The translations under genes were made by a program, and so were the position numbers. The notes beneath the pieces are model-generated. The model was not told where the DNA came from and ran no database searches. It was given only the letters and a program-made list of their open reading frames with translations. From an uncultured Candidatus Saccharibacteria bacterium (GTDB taxonomy: Bacteria > Patescibacteriota > UBA1384 > XYA2-FULL-43-10 > 1-14-0-10-43-13), in the NCBI GenBank assembly GCA_964543385.1, contig CAZIYE010000004.1:1-32000 (forward strand): 32,000 nt of DNA, written 5' to 3'. This document shows, in pieces, positions 17,363 to 26,541 of this stretch (the first letter of the stretch is position 1; the number at the start of each line of letters is the position of its first letter).

Positions 17363-18421
17363 CTATTCCATATTTACAAACATAGCATCGCCATAAGAAT
17401 AGAAACGATAATTATGCTTTATTGCCTCGTCATACGCGTGTAAAACATTTTTTCTGCCGGCAAGAGCCGAGACTAAAAACAAGAGGGAAGAAGCCGGAAG
17501 GTGAAAGTTTGTTATAAGGCTATCAACAAATTTGAATTTATAACCAGGATAAATGTATATATCGGTCCAGCCACTCAGCGATGGTAATGGTCGAACATCA
17601 TTAGACAGCGACTCGGTGAATATTGTTTCCAATACACGGGTAGTTGTTGTTCCAACAGCGATAATCCTATGTCCGTTTTTTTTCAGCTCGAGCAAGCTAT
17701 TATAAGAATCCTGGGAAATCGAATAAAATTCCTGGTGGATTTTATGATCCTCAACTTCTTTCGCCTCAACATGAGCAAAAGTCCCCAGACCGACATGTAA
17801 TGTTAATTCTAAGGTTTTTACACCCTTGATTCTTATTTGGTCCAAAAGACTTGCGCTGAAATGCAAACCTGCCGTTGGCGCAGCAATGCTTCCTCTCTTT
17901 TTTGCATAAATTGTTTGATATCTTTCTTTATCTTTTTCATACAAAGTATGATTTATTTTTCTCTTTGCCTCTATATACGGTGGCAAAGGGATGAGACCAA
18001 TTTTTTCTAGCTCAGAAAAGAATTCTTCTTCCTTAAAATTAAAATCCAAAACGAAAGTTTTATCATTCCTAGAGATAACATTGGCTTTCAAATCCGAGTT
18101 CTCAAAGATAATACTTTGATTGATACTTAAATTCTTGCCGATAACTTCCCAATAATTACCATCAATTTGGTGATTCAATAAAATTTCGACCCTACCTCCA
18201 GTGCTCTCCTTTTTTCCTATCAACCTTGCTGGAAAGACTTTTGTATTATTGAATACAAGGACATCTTTATCTGACAGGAGTGAAAGAAGATCGGAGAATT
18301 TCCGATGACTAATATGGCCCATGCTATCTAGAACTAGCAGTTTTGATTCATCACGTTTATCAGTTGGTTTCTCCGCAATTAATTCGCTTGGCAGATTGAA
18401 ATTATAATCAGACACTTTCAT
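17363..18421 (-). CDS. queA: S-adenosylmethionine:tRNA ribosyltransferase-isomerase
   Basis: 352 aa. 'DYNFNLPSELIAEKP', 'PLPPYI', 'AAPTAGLHF', 'VGTTTTRVLE' are canonical QueA blocks. Confidence 0.95.
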   Translation of the reverse strand: MKVSDYNFNLPSELIAEKPTDKRDESKLLVLDSMGHISHRKFSDLLSLLSDKDVLVFNNTKVFPARLIGKKESTGGRVEILLNHQIDGNYWEVIGKNLSINQSIIFENSDLKANVISRNDKTFVLDFNFKEEEFFSELEKIGLIPLPPYIEAKRKINHTLYEKDKERYQTIYAKKRGSIAAPTAGLHFSASLLDQIRIKGVKTLELTLHVGLGTFAHVEAKEVEDHKIHQEFYSISQDSYNSLLELKKNGHRIIAVGTTTTRVLETIFTESLSNDVRPLPSLSGWTDIYIYPGYKFKFVDSLITNFHLPASSLLFLVSALAGRKNVLHAYDEAIKHNYRFYSYGDAMFVNME

Positions 18422-19266
18422 GGCGTTAGATCTATTTCCCTTCCTTCGGTTAATTCACCTTGACTATCTGATACTTTTTTATTCACTTTTGAATCATTCT
18501 TTGTATTAGAATCCGTAGCTACTAAAATCTTGTTATTTTGAGCAAGCTTTTTAATATTATCTTTCTCTGTCCTATCCTCCTGCGTTATTACCATCCCTCC
18601 GTATTTCACACGATCAATGAATCGTGATTCACCGAGAACGTTTTTTGCCTGTCTTTCTAATTCTCCAAAAGGTAATTCAGCTTCACTATCTCTAGCTCTT
18701 TCTCCCAGACCAACATCTCTTCTGTTAGATCTTCTATTCGTCCTCTCAATATGTGCTTCATGGAGACTAATTATTTGTTTGGCGACTAAATAAGGATGTG
18801 GAATTGACTTGAAAACAAAATTCTCTCTTTCTCCGGCGGTTTGGATATGGACATCTCCAAAATGCAGTAATGTCTGCCAGATACCCTCAACTCGAGCATT
18901 TACATCCTGTACTTGGTGTAAATGCAATTCAGATATTTGTCGTTTGAAATAACCTTCTTGACTGATATCGACAATTCTTTGATCAGTGACTATGTAAACA
19001 TCAAGATAGTAGTCAACGAAGCCATAGAGCTGGGCAGCTAGTACAACTAAAACAAAAATAGCAAGAAAAATTACTAAGATTTGTCCGCCAACTGGCGTTA
19101 TAAGTGTTGGGTTATTTACCCAGACAAAAAGAGCTATAAGCACAGGGATTACTGCAAGAAAATCCAGAAAGAAAAAGATCACATAGTTAAACCAGTGCTT
19201 TCTAATAAGAAGAAATATTCGCTCTTCTTGTGATTGATTTGGAAATAATTTTTCTCTTACTGACAT
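18418..19266 (-). CDS. Membrane protein with bacterial PH-like (YdbS/YdbT, DUF304-like) domain and charged C-terminal tail
   Basis: 282 aa. 'FLLIRKHWFNYV' followed by 2 TM, then a 'YIVTDQRIVD...' PH-like segment. ATGA overlap with queA. Confidence 0.55.
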   Translation of the reverse strand: MSVREKLFPNQSQEERIFLLIRKHWFNYVIFFFLDFLAVIPVLIALFVWVNNPTLITPVGGQILVIFLAIFVLVVLAAQLYGFVDYYLDVYIVTDQRIVDISQEGYFKRQISELHLHQVQDVNARVEGIWQTLLHFGDVHIQTAGERENFVFKSIPHPYLVAKQIISLHEAHIERTNRRSNRRDVGLGERARDSEAELPFGELERQAKNVLGESRFIDRVKYGGMVITQEDRTEKDNIKKLAQNNKILVATDSNTKNDSKVNKKVSDSQGELTEGREIDLTP

Positions 19267-19267
19267 A

Positions 19268-19474
19268 TTATGCTCCCGTTTCTAAAGCCGTTAAAATCAA
19301 TACTGAGGACATGATTATCACTATGGAAATAACTGAATATAAAATAATAATAACTTTTGATAAATCGCCAGAATACCCAAATCTCCAGAGATGGTAGATA
19401 CCGAAAAGGCTGAAGATTATATAGGCGAATAGAAATAGTCCGTAAAAGAAGAAAAGGAGATTAAATGAATTCAT
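19268..19474 (-). CDS. Small 2-TM membrane protein
   Basis: 68 aa, hydrophobic. ATGA overlap with the queH stop. 1 nt before the next gene. Confidence 0.5.
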   Translation of the reverse strand: MNSFNLLFFFYGLFLFAYIIFSLFGIYHLWRFGYSGDLSKVIIILYSVISIVIIMSSVLILTALETGA

Positions 19475-20073
19475 TCCAGCCTCCTCTCTTTTAGGGATTC
19501 AAGACATCCACAATATGCTGGCAATGATACGCCATGATTTCTAGCATAATTTCTTCCCATCCAATAGCCCTTACGAAAGTCTTGATAATAGAAATTTACC
19601 CCGTAGTCTAAAGCAATTTCATTGCTAATCTCGACTATCTCATCATGATTTTTATATGGGGAACAAAGCAATGTGGTAGTAAAATATTTGATCCTTCTTT
19701 TTTTTGCCTGTTCAATTGTTTTTTGCATTACCATCGAATTGCAGAGAAAACAACGTTTTCTTCGATACCGCTCCTTATCACTGATATACTTCATCGAGGC
19801 AGGATCTTTAAAGGGATTGGTCAAATTAGAAAAATCGCTTGGGTCATAGTTTGCTTCGACGAATTCTATTTTGTTATTTAGGCAGTATTCTATTAGTCCT
19901 TGCTTGCGCTGGTTATATTCTTGCGCCTCATCGATCTCTGGATTGTAAAAAAAGGCTACTACTTTAAAACCAACTTTTTCTAGCTCCGAAAAAACATGAC
20001 TGGCACAAGCTGTGCAGCAACTATGTACAAAAATTTTTTTGCTCATAGCCGATATCCTTATATTAATTGGCAC
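19471..20073 (-). CDS. queH: Epoxyqueuosine reductase QueH (DUF208 family)
   Basis: 200 aa. 'HSCCTACAS', 'FFYNPEI', 'RCFLC', '[14 protein letters not shown]', 'YCGC' match the QueH Cys motifs. Confidence 0.8.
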   Translation of the reverse strand: MPINIRISAMSKKIFVHSCCTACASHVFSELEKVGFKVVAFFYNPEIDEAQEYNQRKQGLIEYCLNNKIEFVEANYDPSDFSNLTNPFKDPASMKYISDKERYRRKRCFLCNSMVMQKTIEQAKKRRIKYFTTTLLCSPYKNHDEIVEISNEIALDYGVNFYYQDFRKGYWMGRNYARNHGVSLPAYCGCLESLKERRLE

Positions 20074-21104
20074 TGATCTACTGGCTTTTGTATTCTGAGG
20101 TGTTTATAAGCCAGAAGTGTGGCGATTCTACCACGATTAGTACGATTAATAAACCCCAGCTGTAGAAGATATGGCTCTATAACGTCCTCTATTGTGTCTT
20201 TGTCTTCGGAAATTGCCGCGGAGATAGTCTCTAACCCAACTGGACCGCCACTAAATTTATTGATTATAGTATCCAGATAAAAACGATCATTTCTATCCAG
20301 ACCTAATTCATCAATATCTAACTTATTGATTGCTTCAAAAGCTACAGCCTTATTCACAACACCATTATGCTTTACTTCTGCATAGTCTCTCACTCTCTTG
20401 AGAAGACGATTAGCTATACGTGGAGTCTTCCTTGATCTTTTGGCAATTTCTAGAATACCGCTATCATCTATCTTTATCCCAAGTATCTGTGCCGACCTTC
20501 TGATAATTTCTGAAAGTTCTTTATCTTCATAAAATTCAAGTCTATGTACAAAACCAAAGCGATCACGCAAAGGAGATGAAAGCGAACCAAACTTTGTAGT
20601 AGCACCGATTAAGGTAAACTTTGGAAGATTCATTCTCATTGCTTTTGCAGAAGGCCCCTTACCTAATATTAGGTCAACGGCGTAATCCTCCATGGCAGAA
20701 TACAAAATTTCCTCGACTGTGGTATTGAGACGATGAATCTCATCGATGAAAAGAATATCGCTCTCAGATAAATTCGTCAGCAGAGACACCAGATCTCCTG
20801 ATCTTTGGATGGCTGGACCTGACGTTATTCTAATATTTACTCCCATCTCAGAGGCAATAATATTTGCAAGAGTAGTTTTGCCAAGCCCTGGAGGACCATA
20901 AAAAAGCATATGTTCAACTGGTTCGCTTCTTTTTCTGGCGGCTTCTATAAATATAACTAGATTTTCTTTGATTTGATTTTGTCCGACGTATTCTGCAATT
21001 TTTTTAGGCCGCAAAGAAAAATCGAGCACTTCATCATCATTAGTAAAAGAAGTGGAGGTTAAATCAGACTCGAAATTTTCGCTATCACTTTTTTTCATAT
21101 ACAA
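20058..21104 (-). CDS. ruvB: Holliday junction branch migration helicase RuvB
   Basis: 348 aa. '[12 protein letters not shown]', Walker A 'GPPGLGKTT', 'FIDEIHRL', C-terminal winged helix. Alternative ATG at 21098. Confidence 0.95.
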   Translation of the reverse strand: MYMKKSDSENFESDLTSTSFTNDDEVLDFSLRPKKIAEYVGQNQIKENLVIFIEAARKRSEPVEHMLFYGPPGLGKTTLANIIASEMGVNIRITSGPAIQRSGDLVSLLTNLSESDILFIDEIHRLNTTVEEILYSAMEDYAVDLILGKGPSAKAMRMNLPKFTLIGATTKFGSLSSPLRDRFGFVHRLEFYEDKELSEIIRRSAQILGIKIDDSGILEIAKRSRKTPRIANRLLKRVRDYAEVKHNGVVNKAVAFEAINKLDIDELGLDRNDRFYLDTIINKFSGGPVGLETISAAISEDKDTIEDVIEPYLLQLGFINRTNRGRIATLLAYKHLRIQKPVDQCQLI

Positions 21105-21173
21105 AATAATAAGTCATTGGAGATCTTAGGCTTATTATAGATAGTCTGTCTGGATATGTAAAATAATAAATAA

Positions 21174-21758
21174 TTACTTCGCTGATAAGTTTTTTAAACA
21201 CCACCGAACTCTTTCTTCGGTGGAGATTATATCGGATGGGATTTTACTAACCAACCCCTGTATTTCTGATTTTTTATAGCCCAAAGATTGCATTGCATCC
21301 ATTAAATCATCTGCTTCATCAATTTTCCCGATGACGTTAATGCTTTTATCAGAAGATATTTTTGATTTAAGATCAAGGATTATTTTGGCTGCTACTTTCT
21401 TACCTATTCCAGAAATTGCAGTAAAGAAACTCATGTCATCGCTGATTATTGCATGAAGAATTTTATCTGTCCCCGCATAGCTCATAATATTTAAACCAGC
21501 TTTTGGACCGACACCATTAACAGAAATCAATTTCTCAAATAACTCTAATTCTTGGTAGCTCAAAAAACCATAAAAATCATCGGCATCCTCCCTGATATGC
21601 TCATAGATATATAGCTCTACATCTTCTCGCGTATCGACGATGTTATTCTTTATTTTGATTTGCGGATTGACAAAAACTTTATAACCGACTCCTCTAGTTT
21701 CCAGGATAATAAGACCCCATTTAAATAAAACTACTCTACCTTTTAGATAAGAAATCAT
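21174..21758 (-). CDS. ruvA: Holliday junction DNA-binding protein RuvA
   Basis: 194 aa. 'MISYLKGRV...GVGYKV', HhH 'LISVNGVGPKAGLNIMS' and 'ISGIGKKVAAKII'. Its ATG directly abuts the upstream stop (TAAATG). Confidence 0.9.
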   Translation of the reverse strand: MISYLKGRVVLFKWGLIILETRGVGYKVFVNPQIKIKNNIVDTREDVELYIYEHIREDADDFYGFLSYQELELFEKLISVNGVGPKAGLNIMSYAGTDKILHAIISDDMSFFTAISGIGKKVAAKIILDLKSKISSDKSINVIGKIDEADDLMDAMQSLGYKKSEIQGLVSKIPSDIISTEERVRWCLKNLSAK

Positions 21759-22763
21759 TTATTTGTCCTTCTTGGTTTCAGGAAAAGCAATATCTAGTAT
21801 ATCTCCTGCGACATTTCGAGACTCACCCTCGTAAGGGAAATGATGCATAAATATTCCAGGACTTGAGTTTATCTCCACAATAATGTGATTGTCGGGTGTT
21901 TGCTCTACTGTAATATCCCTTGAAAGAAAATCCATGCCGCCATAGGCAAGGCCGGGGATTGCCTTAATTACTTTTACTGCAATTTCGTGCACTGAAGGAT
22001 GAACCTTATCGGTAAAATCGATGCTGTCACCCCCAGTTGAAAGATTGGAATTTTCACGCAGGAATACTTGTTCGCCAGCTTGCGGCTTATAATTGATGTC
22101 TCTGTTAGACTTTTTTAATGTTTCAATAACAATGTCATCTATATCAATTTTTACGAGGCATTTTTTAAAATCCTTATATGAGTCATCACCTCTTCTGGGA
22201 TCAGAATTTTTAATCTCCACTAATTCTTTTATTGTGTGGATGCCATCGCCGATCACATTAGCAGGAACACGATTAGTAATTCCCAGTACTTTGTCCTGAC
22301 TAGCAACTACTCGATACTCCGTACCGCCATCAAAATAGCGCTCGACAAGAATATTATTGAATTTAATTGATACTTTCTGCCAGTGTTTAATAAAATCATC
22401 CTCGTCGGCAATATTTGCAAAAACACAATTTCCATGACTTGAATTTGTCGGTTTAATAACAACCGGATATCCTATTTTCTTTGCAAAGGCCAGCGCTTCA
22501 TCTAACTGCATTTTGGTAAATTTTTCGCCTTCGGCTATTGATAGGCCAGCCTCTTTTAGAACCTGCTTCGTCAAATTCTTATTGTTAACTAACTCATAAG
22601 CAACCGATGTTGTTTTGGAAATAAATTGGCAACACAGGTATTCTTCATGACCTCCATAGCTTAGTTTGGCAACTTTTCCTGGGCATAAGTCATCTACCTT
22701 GACACCACGTTTATTTGCTTCATTAACAATGATCTGAGTTGAGATTGTATAATTTTCTTTCAT
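21759..22763 (-). CDS. Stand-alone ATP-grasp ligase, GshF C-terminal / cyanophycin synthetase G-domain type (paralog B)
   Basis: 334 aa. 'YPVVIKPTNSSHGNCVF', 'RVPANVIGDGIHTIKELVEIKNSDPRRG', 'FLRENSNLSTGGDSIDFTDKVHPS', 'GGMDFL', 'VEINSSPGIFMHHFP'. Confidence 0.8.
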   Translation of the reverse strand: MKENYTISTQIIVNEANKRGVKVDDLCPGKVAKLSYGGHEEYLCCQFISKTTSVAYELVNNKNLTKQVLKEAGLSIAEGEKFTKMQLDEALAFAKKIGYPVVIKPTNSSHGNCVFANIADEDDFIKHWQKVSIKFNNILVERYFDGGTEYRVVASQDKVLGITNRVPANVIGDGIHTIKELVEIKNSDPRRGDDSYKDFKKCLVKIDIDDIVIETLKKSNRDINYKPQAGEQVFLRENSNLSTGGDSIDFTDKVHPSVHEIAVKVIKAIPGLAYGGMDFLSRDITVEQTPDNHIIVEINSSPGIFMHHFPYEGESRNVAGDILDIAFPETKKDK

Positions 22764-22770
22764 TCTTTAC

Positions 22771-23751
22771 CTATTTAATTGTTTCTGGAAAATTGACATC
22801 GATAATTGCTGACGCAATATCAACCGGTTTGCCAATCGTTGGCTGATGGTGCAAAGCAATTCCAGGAATAGAATTTACTTCGATCACAACATAATTATCT
22901 TTATTCTGAAGTTTGGTGATATCTTTTGTCATAAAATCAACCCCGCCATATTGCAAACCTGGTATTGCCTCAATAGCTTTCCTGGATATCTCTAAAACTG
23001 AAGGGTGTGCAATTTCATTACAGTCAAGACTTTCACCCCCTGTAGCAATATTAGAGTTTTCACGTAAGAATATTTGTTCATCCTTTTTTGGGATATAGTC
23101 TAAATCGTGTCCTTCTTTCTTAATCGTTCCGCGCACAACATCATCAATTACAATTTGTGCTAGTGGTGTAAGACCGGGGCCTCGTCTAGGATCCTGATTT
23201 TTTATGCCGATAAGTTCGCGCAGATTGTGAGTACCGTCACCAACTACATTAGCAGGAATTCGGTGTATGACAGATAGAGATTTATCTCTGGTAGCGAATA
23301 CGCGGTATTCTTTGCCAATAAACATCTTTTCAACAATAATTTCGCTATATTTTTGGCCAATTTTTTTCCAGGCAGATAAAAACTGCTCCTTGTCCGATAT
23401 GTTTGGAAACACAAGATCACCTTCCATGCCGGTAGTTGGCTTTACCACAACTGGCCAACCATTTTTTTCCACGTATGACAAAGCTTCATAGATTTGATCA
23501 TTTAAGAAATTCATGCCTTTAGGGACTTCAACCCCTGCTTCCTCGAGCAACATTTTTGTAAAATTTTTGTTCAGGCAAAACTTCGAAGCAAGTGCAGTCG
23601 TTTTAGATGAAAGAGTTTCATTGAAATACTCTTTATGTCCTTGATACTCCAAAACAAAGTAGTCCCTATGGTAAAATCTGACACTTATTCCCCGCTTTAT
23701 TGCTTCATCTGTGACATATTTGACTGCCAAACGCATGACTTTGTGACTCAT
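22771..23751 (-). CDS. Stand-alone ATP-grasp ligase, GshF C-terminal / cyanophycin synthetase G-domain type (paralog A)
   Basis: 326 aa. Alignable end-to-end with paralog B ('RIPANVVGDGTHNLRELIGIKNQDPRRG', 'FLRENSNIATGGESLD', 'GGVDFM', 'EVNSIPGIALHH', 'FPET'). AAGGAG SD upstream of the ATG at 23751. Confidence 0.8.
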   Translation of the reverse strand: MSHKVMRLAVKYVTDEAIKRGISVRFYHRDYFVLEYQGHKEYFNETLSSKTTALASKFCLNKNFTKMLLEEAGVEVPKGMNFLNDQIYEALSYVEKNGWPVVVKPTTGMEGDLVFPNISDKEQFLSAWKKIGQKYSEIIVEKMFIGKEYRVFATRDKSLSVIHRIPANVVGDGTHNLRELIGIKNQDPRRGPGLTPLAQIVIDDVVRGTIKKEGHDLDYIPKKDEQIFLRENSNIATGGESLDCNEIAHPSVLEISRKAIEAIPGLQYGGVDFMTKDITKLQNKDNYVVIEVNSIPGIALHHQPTIGKPVDIASAIIDVNFPETIK

Positions 23752-23839
23752 CAGTACTCCTTTTTGTTGTCTTATTTCTCTCTTATCAAGATAACGGTAA
23801 TGACCGCTTAAATCAAGTGATTTATCTTATTGCTTAGGG

Positions 23840-23868
23840 TTGAAAAAGTTAGGAAAATATTGTATAGT
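23840..23868 (+). promoter_or_regulatory. Candidate sigma-70 promoter for the PGM1-like ligase gene
   Basis: TTGAAA (23840-23845), 17-nt spacer, TATAGT (23863-23868) preceded by TG. Located in the divergent intergenic region. Confidence 0.4.
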
Positions 23869-23928
23869 TTTGGCTTACTCTATATCAAAAAGCTTGCCCT
23901 TAAGGGCCAAATAGTGGACAATACAATT

Positions 23929-25488
23929 ATGAAAACCGAAGAGCAGATAATCTTTTCGAATCTTCAAAAAAGATTGAAAAAAAATAAGAAGCTTTCTAAC
24001 TACAATTATCGTGGCGAAAGAACTTTTGTAGTTGTCTCGGGCTTAAATTCTGACAAATTTAACCTTTCAAAAGTTAAGGGCTTAAGATTTTATGAAGAGA
24101 GAATGTTGTTTATCCTTTTTCTTCTCAAATATAAGAATACGAAGATTGTATATGTAACTTCTGATAATTTTGACACCACTCTATTCGATTATTATCTAGG
24201 CTTGATATCAGGCAAGCCAAAAGAGATTGCCGATATGAAATCAAGATTGACCCATATTCAGGTAAAAGACAGCCAGCACCTGAGTCTTACCGAAAAGCTA
24301 TACAATTCTCATGCCGCTCTCAAAAGAATTGCTAAGGCTATTACAAATGAAAAGACCACCGTTTTACGTTGCTATAATCCAACTATTCTTGAAAGAAAAT
24401 TAGCAGTAAGAATTGGTATACCCCTCTTCGGATCTGCCGAGAAATTTGATTACGTTGGCAGTAAAAGTGGCGGACGCAAGGTATTTAAATTAGCCGACCT
24501 AAATGTCATCCCCGGAATTACTAGCTTGAAAAGTTTTACTGAACTTTATGGGGCAATCGCGAAATTAATGAGAGACTACCCAAAGTTCAAGAAATTGGTA
24601 ATTAAACTTGAACAGGGTGCTTCTGGTAGGGGGAATTGTCTCTTTTCTGTAGAAGATTTTTTGAATGACAATGATATCGAGATTTCTATTAGAACAGATC
24701 TGGCCAAACTCACCTCTTTAATCAAAAAGAATTTCCATAAATATTGCAGGTTAGAAGCGGATGACTTAGAGATAGAGAGATATATCAGGGAATTCAATAG
24801 GATTGGCGGCATAGTTGAGGGTTATGTCGATGGAAAAATAAAATATTCTCCTAGCGCACAGTTGTTTTTATCGACAGAAGGAAAAGTCTCTATTGCTTCT
24901 ACCCATGAGCAAATTCTCGGTGGTTCTGACGGTCAAAAATATCTTGGCTGTACATTTCCGGCTTTGGACGTTCATCGCAAGCTAGTTATTCGAGAGGCCA
25001 AAAAAGTCGGTGACTGGATGATAAAGAAGGGTATGGTTGGTCATTTCTCGATTGATTTTGTTACGGTTCAGTCAAATGAGTTAGAAATACCGAAGATATA
25101 CCCAATTGAGATAAATTTACGTAAAGGCGGCACAACTCATCCTTTTAGAATTGCTTACTATCTGACTAAATCAAAATATAATAAGCGGGACGGCATTTTA
25201 TACTGTGGCAAAACTCCAATTTATTATATGGCCAGAGATATCGTAGAATCAGAGAAATACAAAGTTTTATCATCATCCGAGCTGATTAAGATGATTGATA
25301 AGAGCAAAATTAGTTTCAATAAAAATACCAAAAAAGGCGTTATGGTCTATATGCCAGGAATGATCTCGGAGTATGGAAGATTTGGCGCATTATCGGTTGG
25401 CCATACCAAAGAGGAAGCAGAAGAATACTTTAAAAAACTTATAAAAGCTATCAACCTACACTCTAATAGAAAAATAAATAAAATTTAG
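23929..25488 (+). CDS. PGM1-type peptide ligase (pre-ATP-grasp + ATP-grasp domains)
   Basis: N-terminal 'FVVVSGLNSD...LRFYEERMLFILFLLKYKNTKIVYVTS...FDYYLGLISG' and C-terminal 'VIKLEQGASGRGN', 'GHFSIDFV', 'IEINLRKGGTTHPF' resemble the PGM1-related ligase family. The start is ATG 23929 or in-frame GTG 23914. The track start at 23830 is a TTG upstream of the predicted promoter. Confidence 0.7.
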   Translation: MKTEEQIIFSNLQKRLKKNKKLSNYNYRGERTFVVVSGLNSDKFNLSKVKGLRFYEERMLFILFLLKYKNTKIVYVTSDNFDTTLFDYYLGLISGKPKEIADMKSRLTHIQVKDSQHLSLTEKLYNSHAALKRIAKAITNEKTTVLRCYNPTILERKLAVRIGIPLFGSAEKFDYVGSKSGGRKVFKLADLNVIPGITSLKSFTELYGAIAKLMRDYPKFKKLVIKLEQGASGRGNCLFSVEDFLNDNDIEISIRTDLAKLTSLIKKNFHKYCRLEADDLEIERYIREFNRIGGIVEGYVDGKIKYSPSAQLFLSTEGKVSIASTHEQILGGSDGQKYLGCTFPALDVHRKLVIREAKKVGDWMIKKGMVGHFSIDFVTVQSNELEIPKIYPIEINLRKGGTTHPFRIAYYLTKSKYNKRDGILYCGKTPIYYMARDIVESEKYKVLSSSELIKMIDKSKISFNKNTKKGVMVYMPGMISEYGRFGALSVGHTKEEAEEYFKKLIKAINLHSNRKINKI

Positions 25489-25519
25489 TGACTTTTCGAT
25501 AAGTGATAAGCTGCTAAGA

Positions 25520-26509
25520 CTAAGATCTCCCCTTTAAATACTCTGCGGCTTCTTCTGGCGGCATAGTATTGATGACAATATCGCTACTCAACTCAAAACC
25601 ACCGTATCTAGAGACTCTTGGCACAATTTCAATATGCCAATGGTACGAATCGGAGTTCTCGTGAATCGTTGGCAATGTATGGATGTAAAAGTTTAGAGGT
25701 GGGTTTTCTAGGGTTTTGTCGATCATTTGGAAAACAGTGGTCAAAGCATCTGCACAATCTTTCATATAAGTTTTTGAAGTATTCTCGAACTGACTTTCGT
25801 GTTTTTTGGGCATAACCCAGGTCTCAAAAGGAAATCTAGGTGCATAAAAATTGAAGGCGATGAAGTGCTCATTTTCATATACAACTCTGATTTTTTCTTT
25901 GATCTCATGATGAATAATATCGCAGTAAACACAAGCCCCATTTATGCCATAGTAGCGGTCTGCGCCCTCTAACTCTCTGCCGACTTCATTTGTTACAATT
26001 CCTGAAGCAAATATCTGAGCATGCGGATGATCGATAGATGCTCCAGCTTCGGCCCCATGATTGTAGATAGGAACAATAGAGGCAACTTTCTCATGCTCTT
26101 TCATCCATAGATATCTTTCTCTTATAACCTCAAGGACTTCATCCATGAGAGATTTACTAAACTTCAATAATGGGGTTGTGTGATCTTTTATGATAATTAC
26201 TTCGTGATCCCCCACGGAGGCACGTGCGCGATAAAAACCCTCTTCAGGATAAAAACTTCTGATTGATTTTTTGGATTCATCTTCAACAAAAGCCGGAAAA
26301 CGATTCTCAACTACATAAACATTCTCTGTTTCATATTTCATGTGAGCTTTATTCTGTTTGTATCCTACAGAATCCACACAAAATGGACAGTTATCCTTAT
26401 TAGAAACTTTCACACTTTTTGGAATAACGAAATCTTTTGGACGCTTTGCTCTTTCTGGCGCTACGACTACCCAATCACCAGTTATGATATTTTGTCTTAG
26501 TTCTGGCAT
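25520..26509 (-). CDS. galT: Galactose-1-phosphate uridylyltransferase-like (HIT superfamily, GalT type) nucleotidyltransferase
   Basis: 'CPFC' zinc motif near the N-terminus and 'HPHAQIF' (HxHxQ) active site. GGAGGG SD supports the ATG at 26509 (MPELRQN...) over the track TTG at 26524. Confidence 0.8.
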   Translation of the reverse strand: MPELRQNIITGDWVVVAPERAKRPKDFVIPKSVKVSNKDNCPFCVDSVGYKQNKAHMKYETENVYVVENRFPAFVEDESKKSIRSFYPEEGFYRARASVGDHEVIIIKDHTTPLLKFSKSLMDEVLEVIRERYLWMKEHEKVASIVPIYNHGAEAGASIDHPHAQIFASGIVTNEVGRELEGADRYYGINGACVYCDIIHHEIKEKIRVVYENEHFIAFNFYAPRFPFETWVMPKKHESQFENTSKTYMKDCADALTTVFQMIDKTLENPPLNFYIHTLPTIHENSDSYHWHIEIVPRVSRYGGFELSSDIVINTMPPEEAAEYLKGRS

Positions 26510-26541
26510 CTTCCCTCCGATCAAATTTTCAATTTTATTTT

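Noticed and set aside
21105-21173. 8-bp AT-rich inverted repeat ataataag/cttattat between ruvA and ruvB
   Set aside because: The stem is weak and AT-only, with a 17-nt loop and a poor U-tract. ruvA-ruvB are normally co-transcribed, so the evidence for a terminator or attenuator is insufficient.
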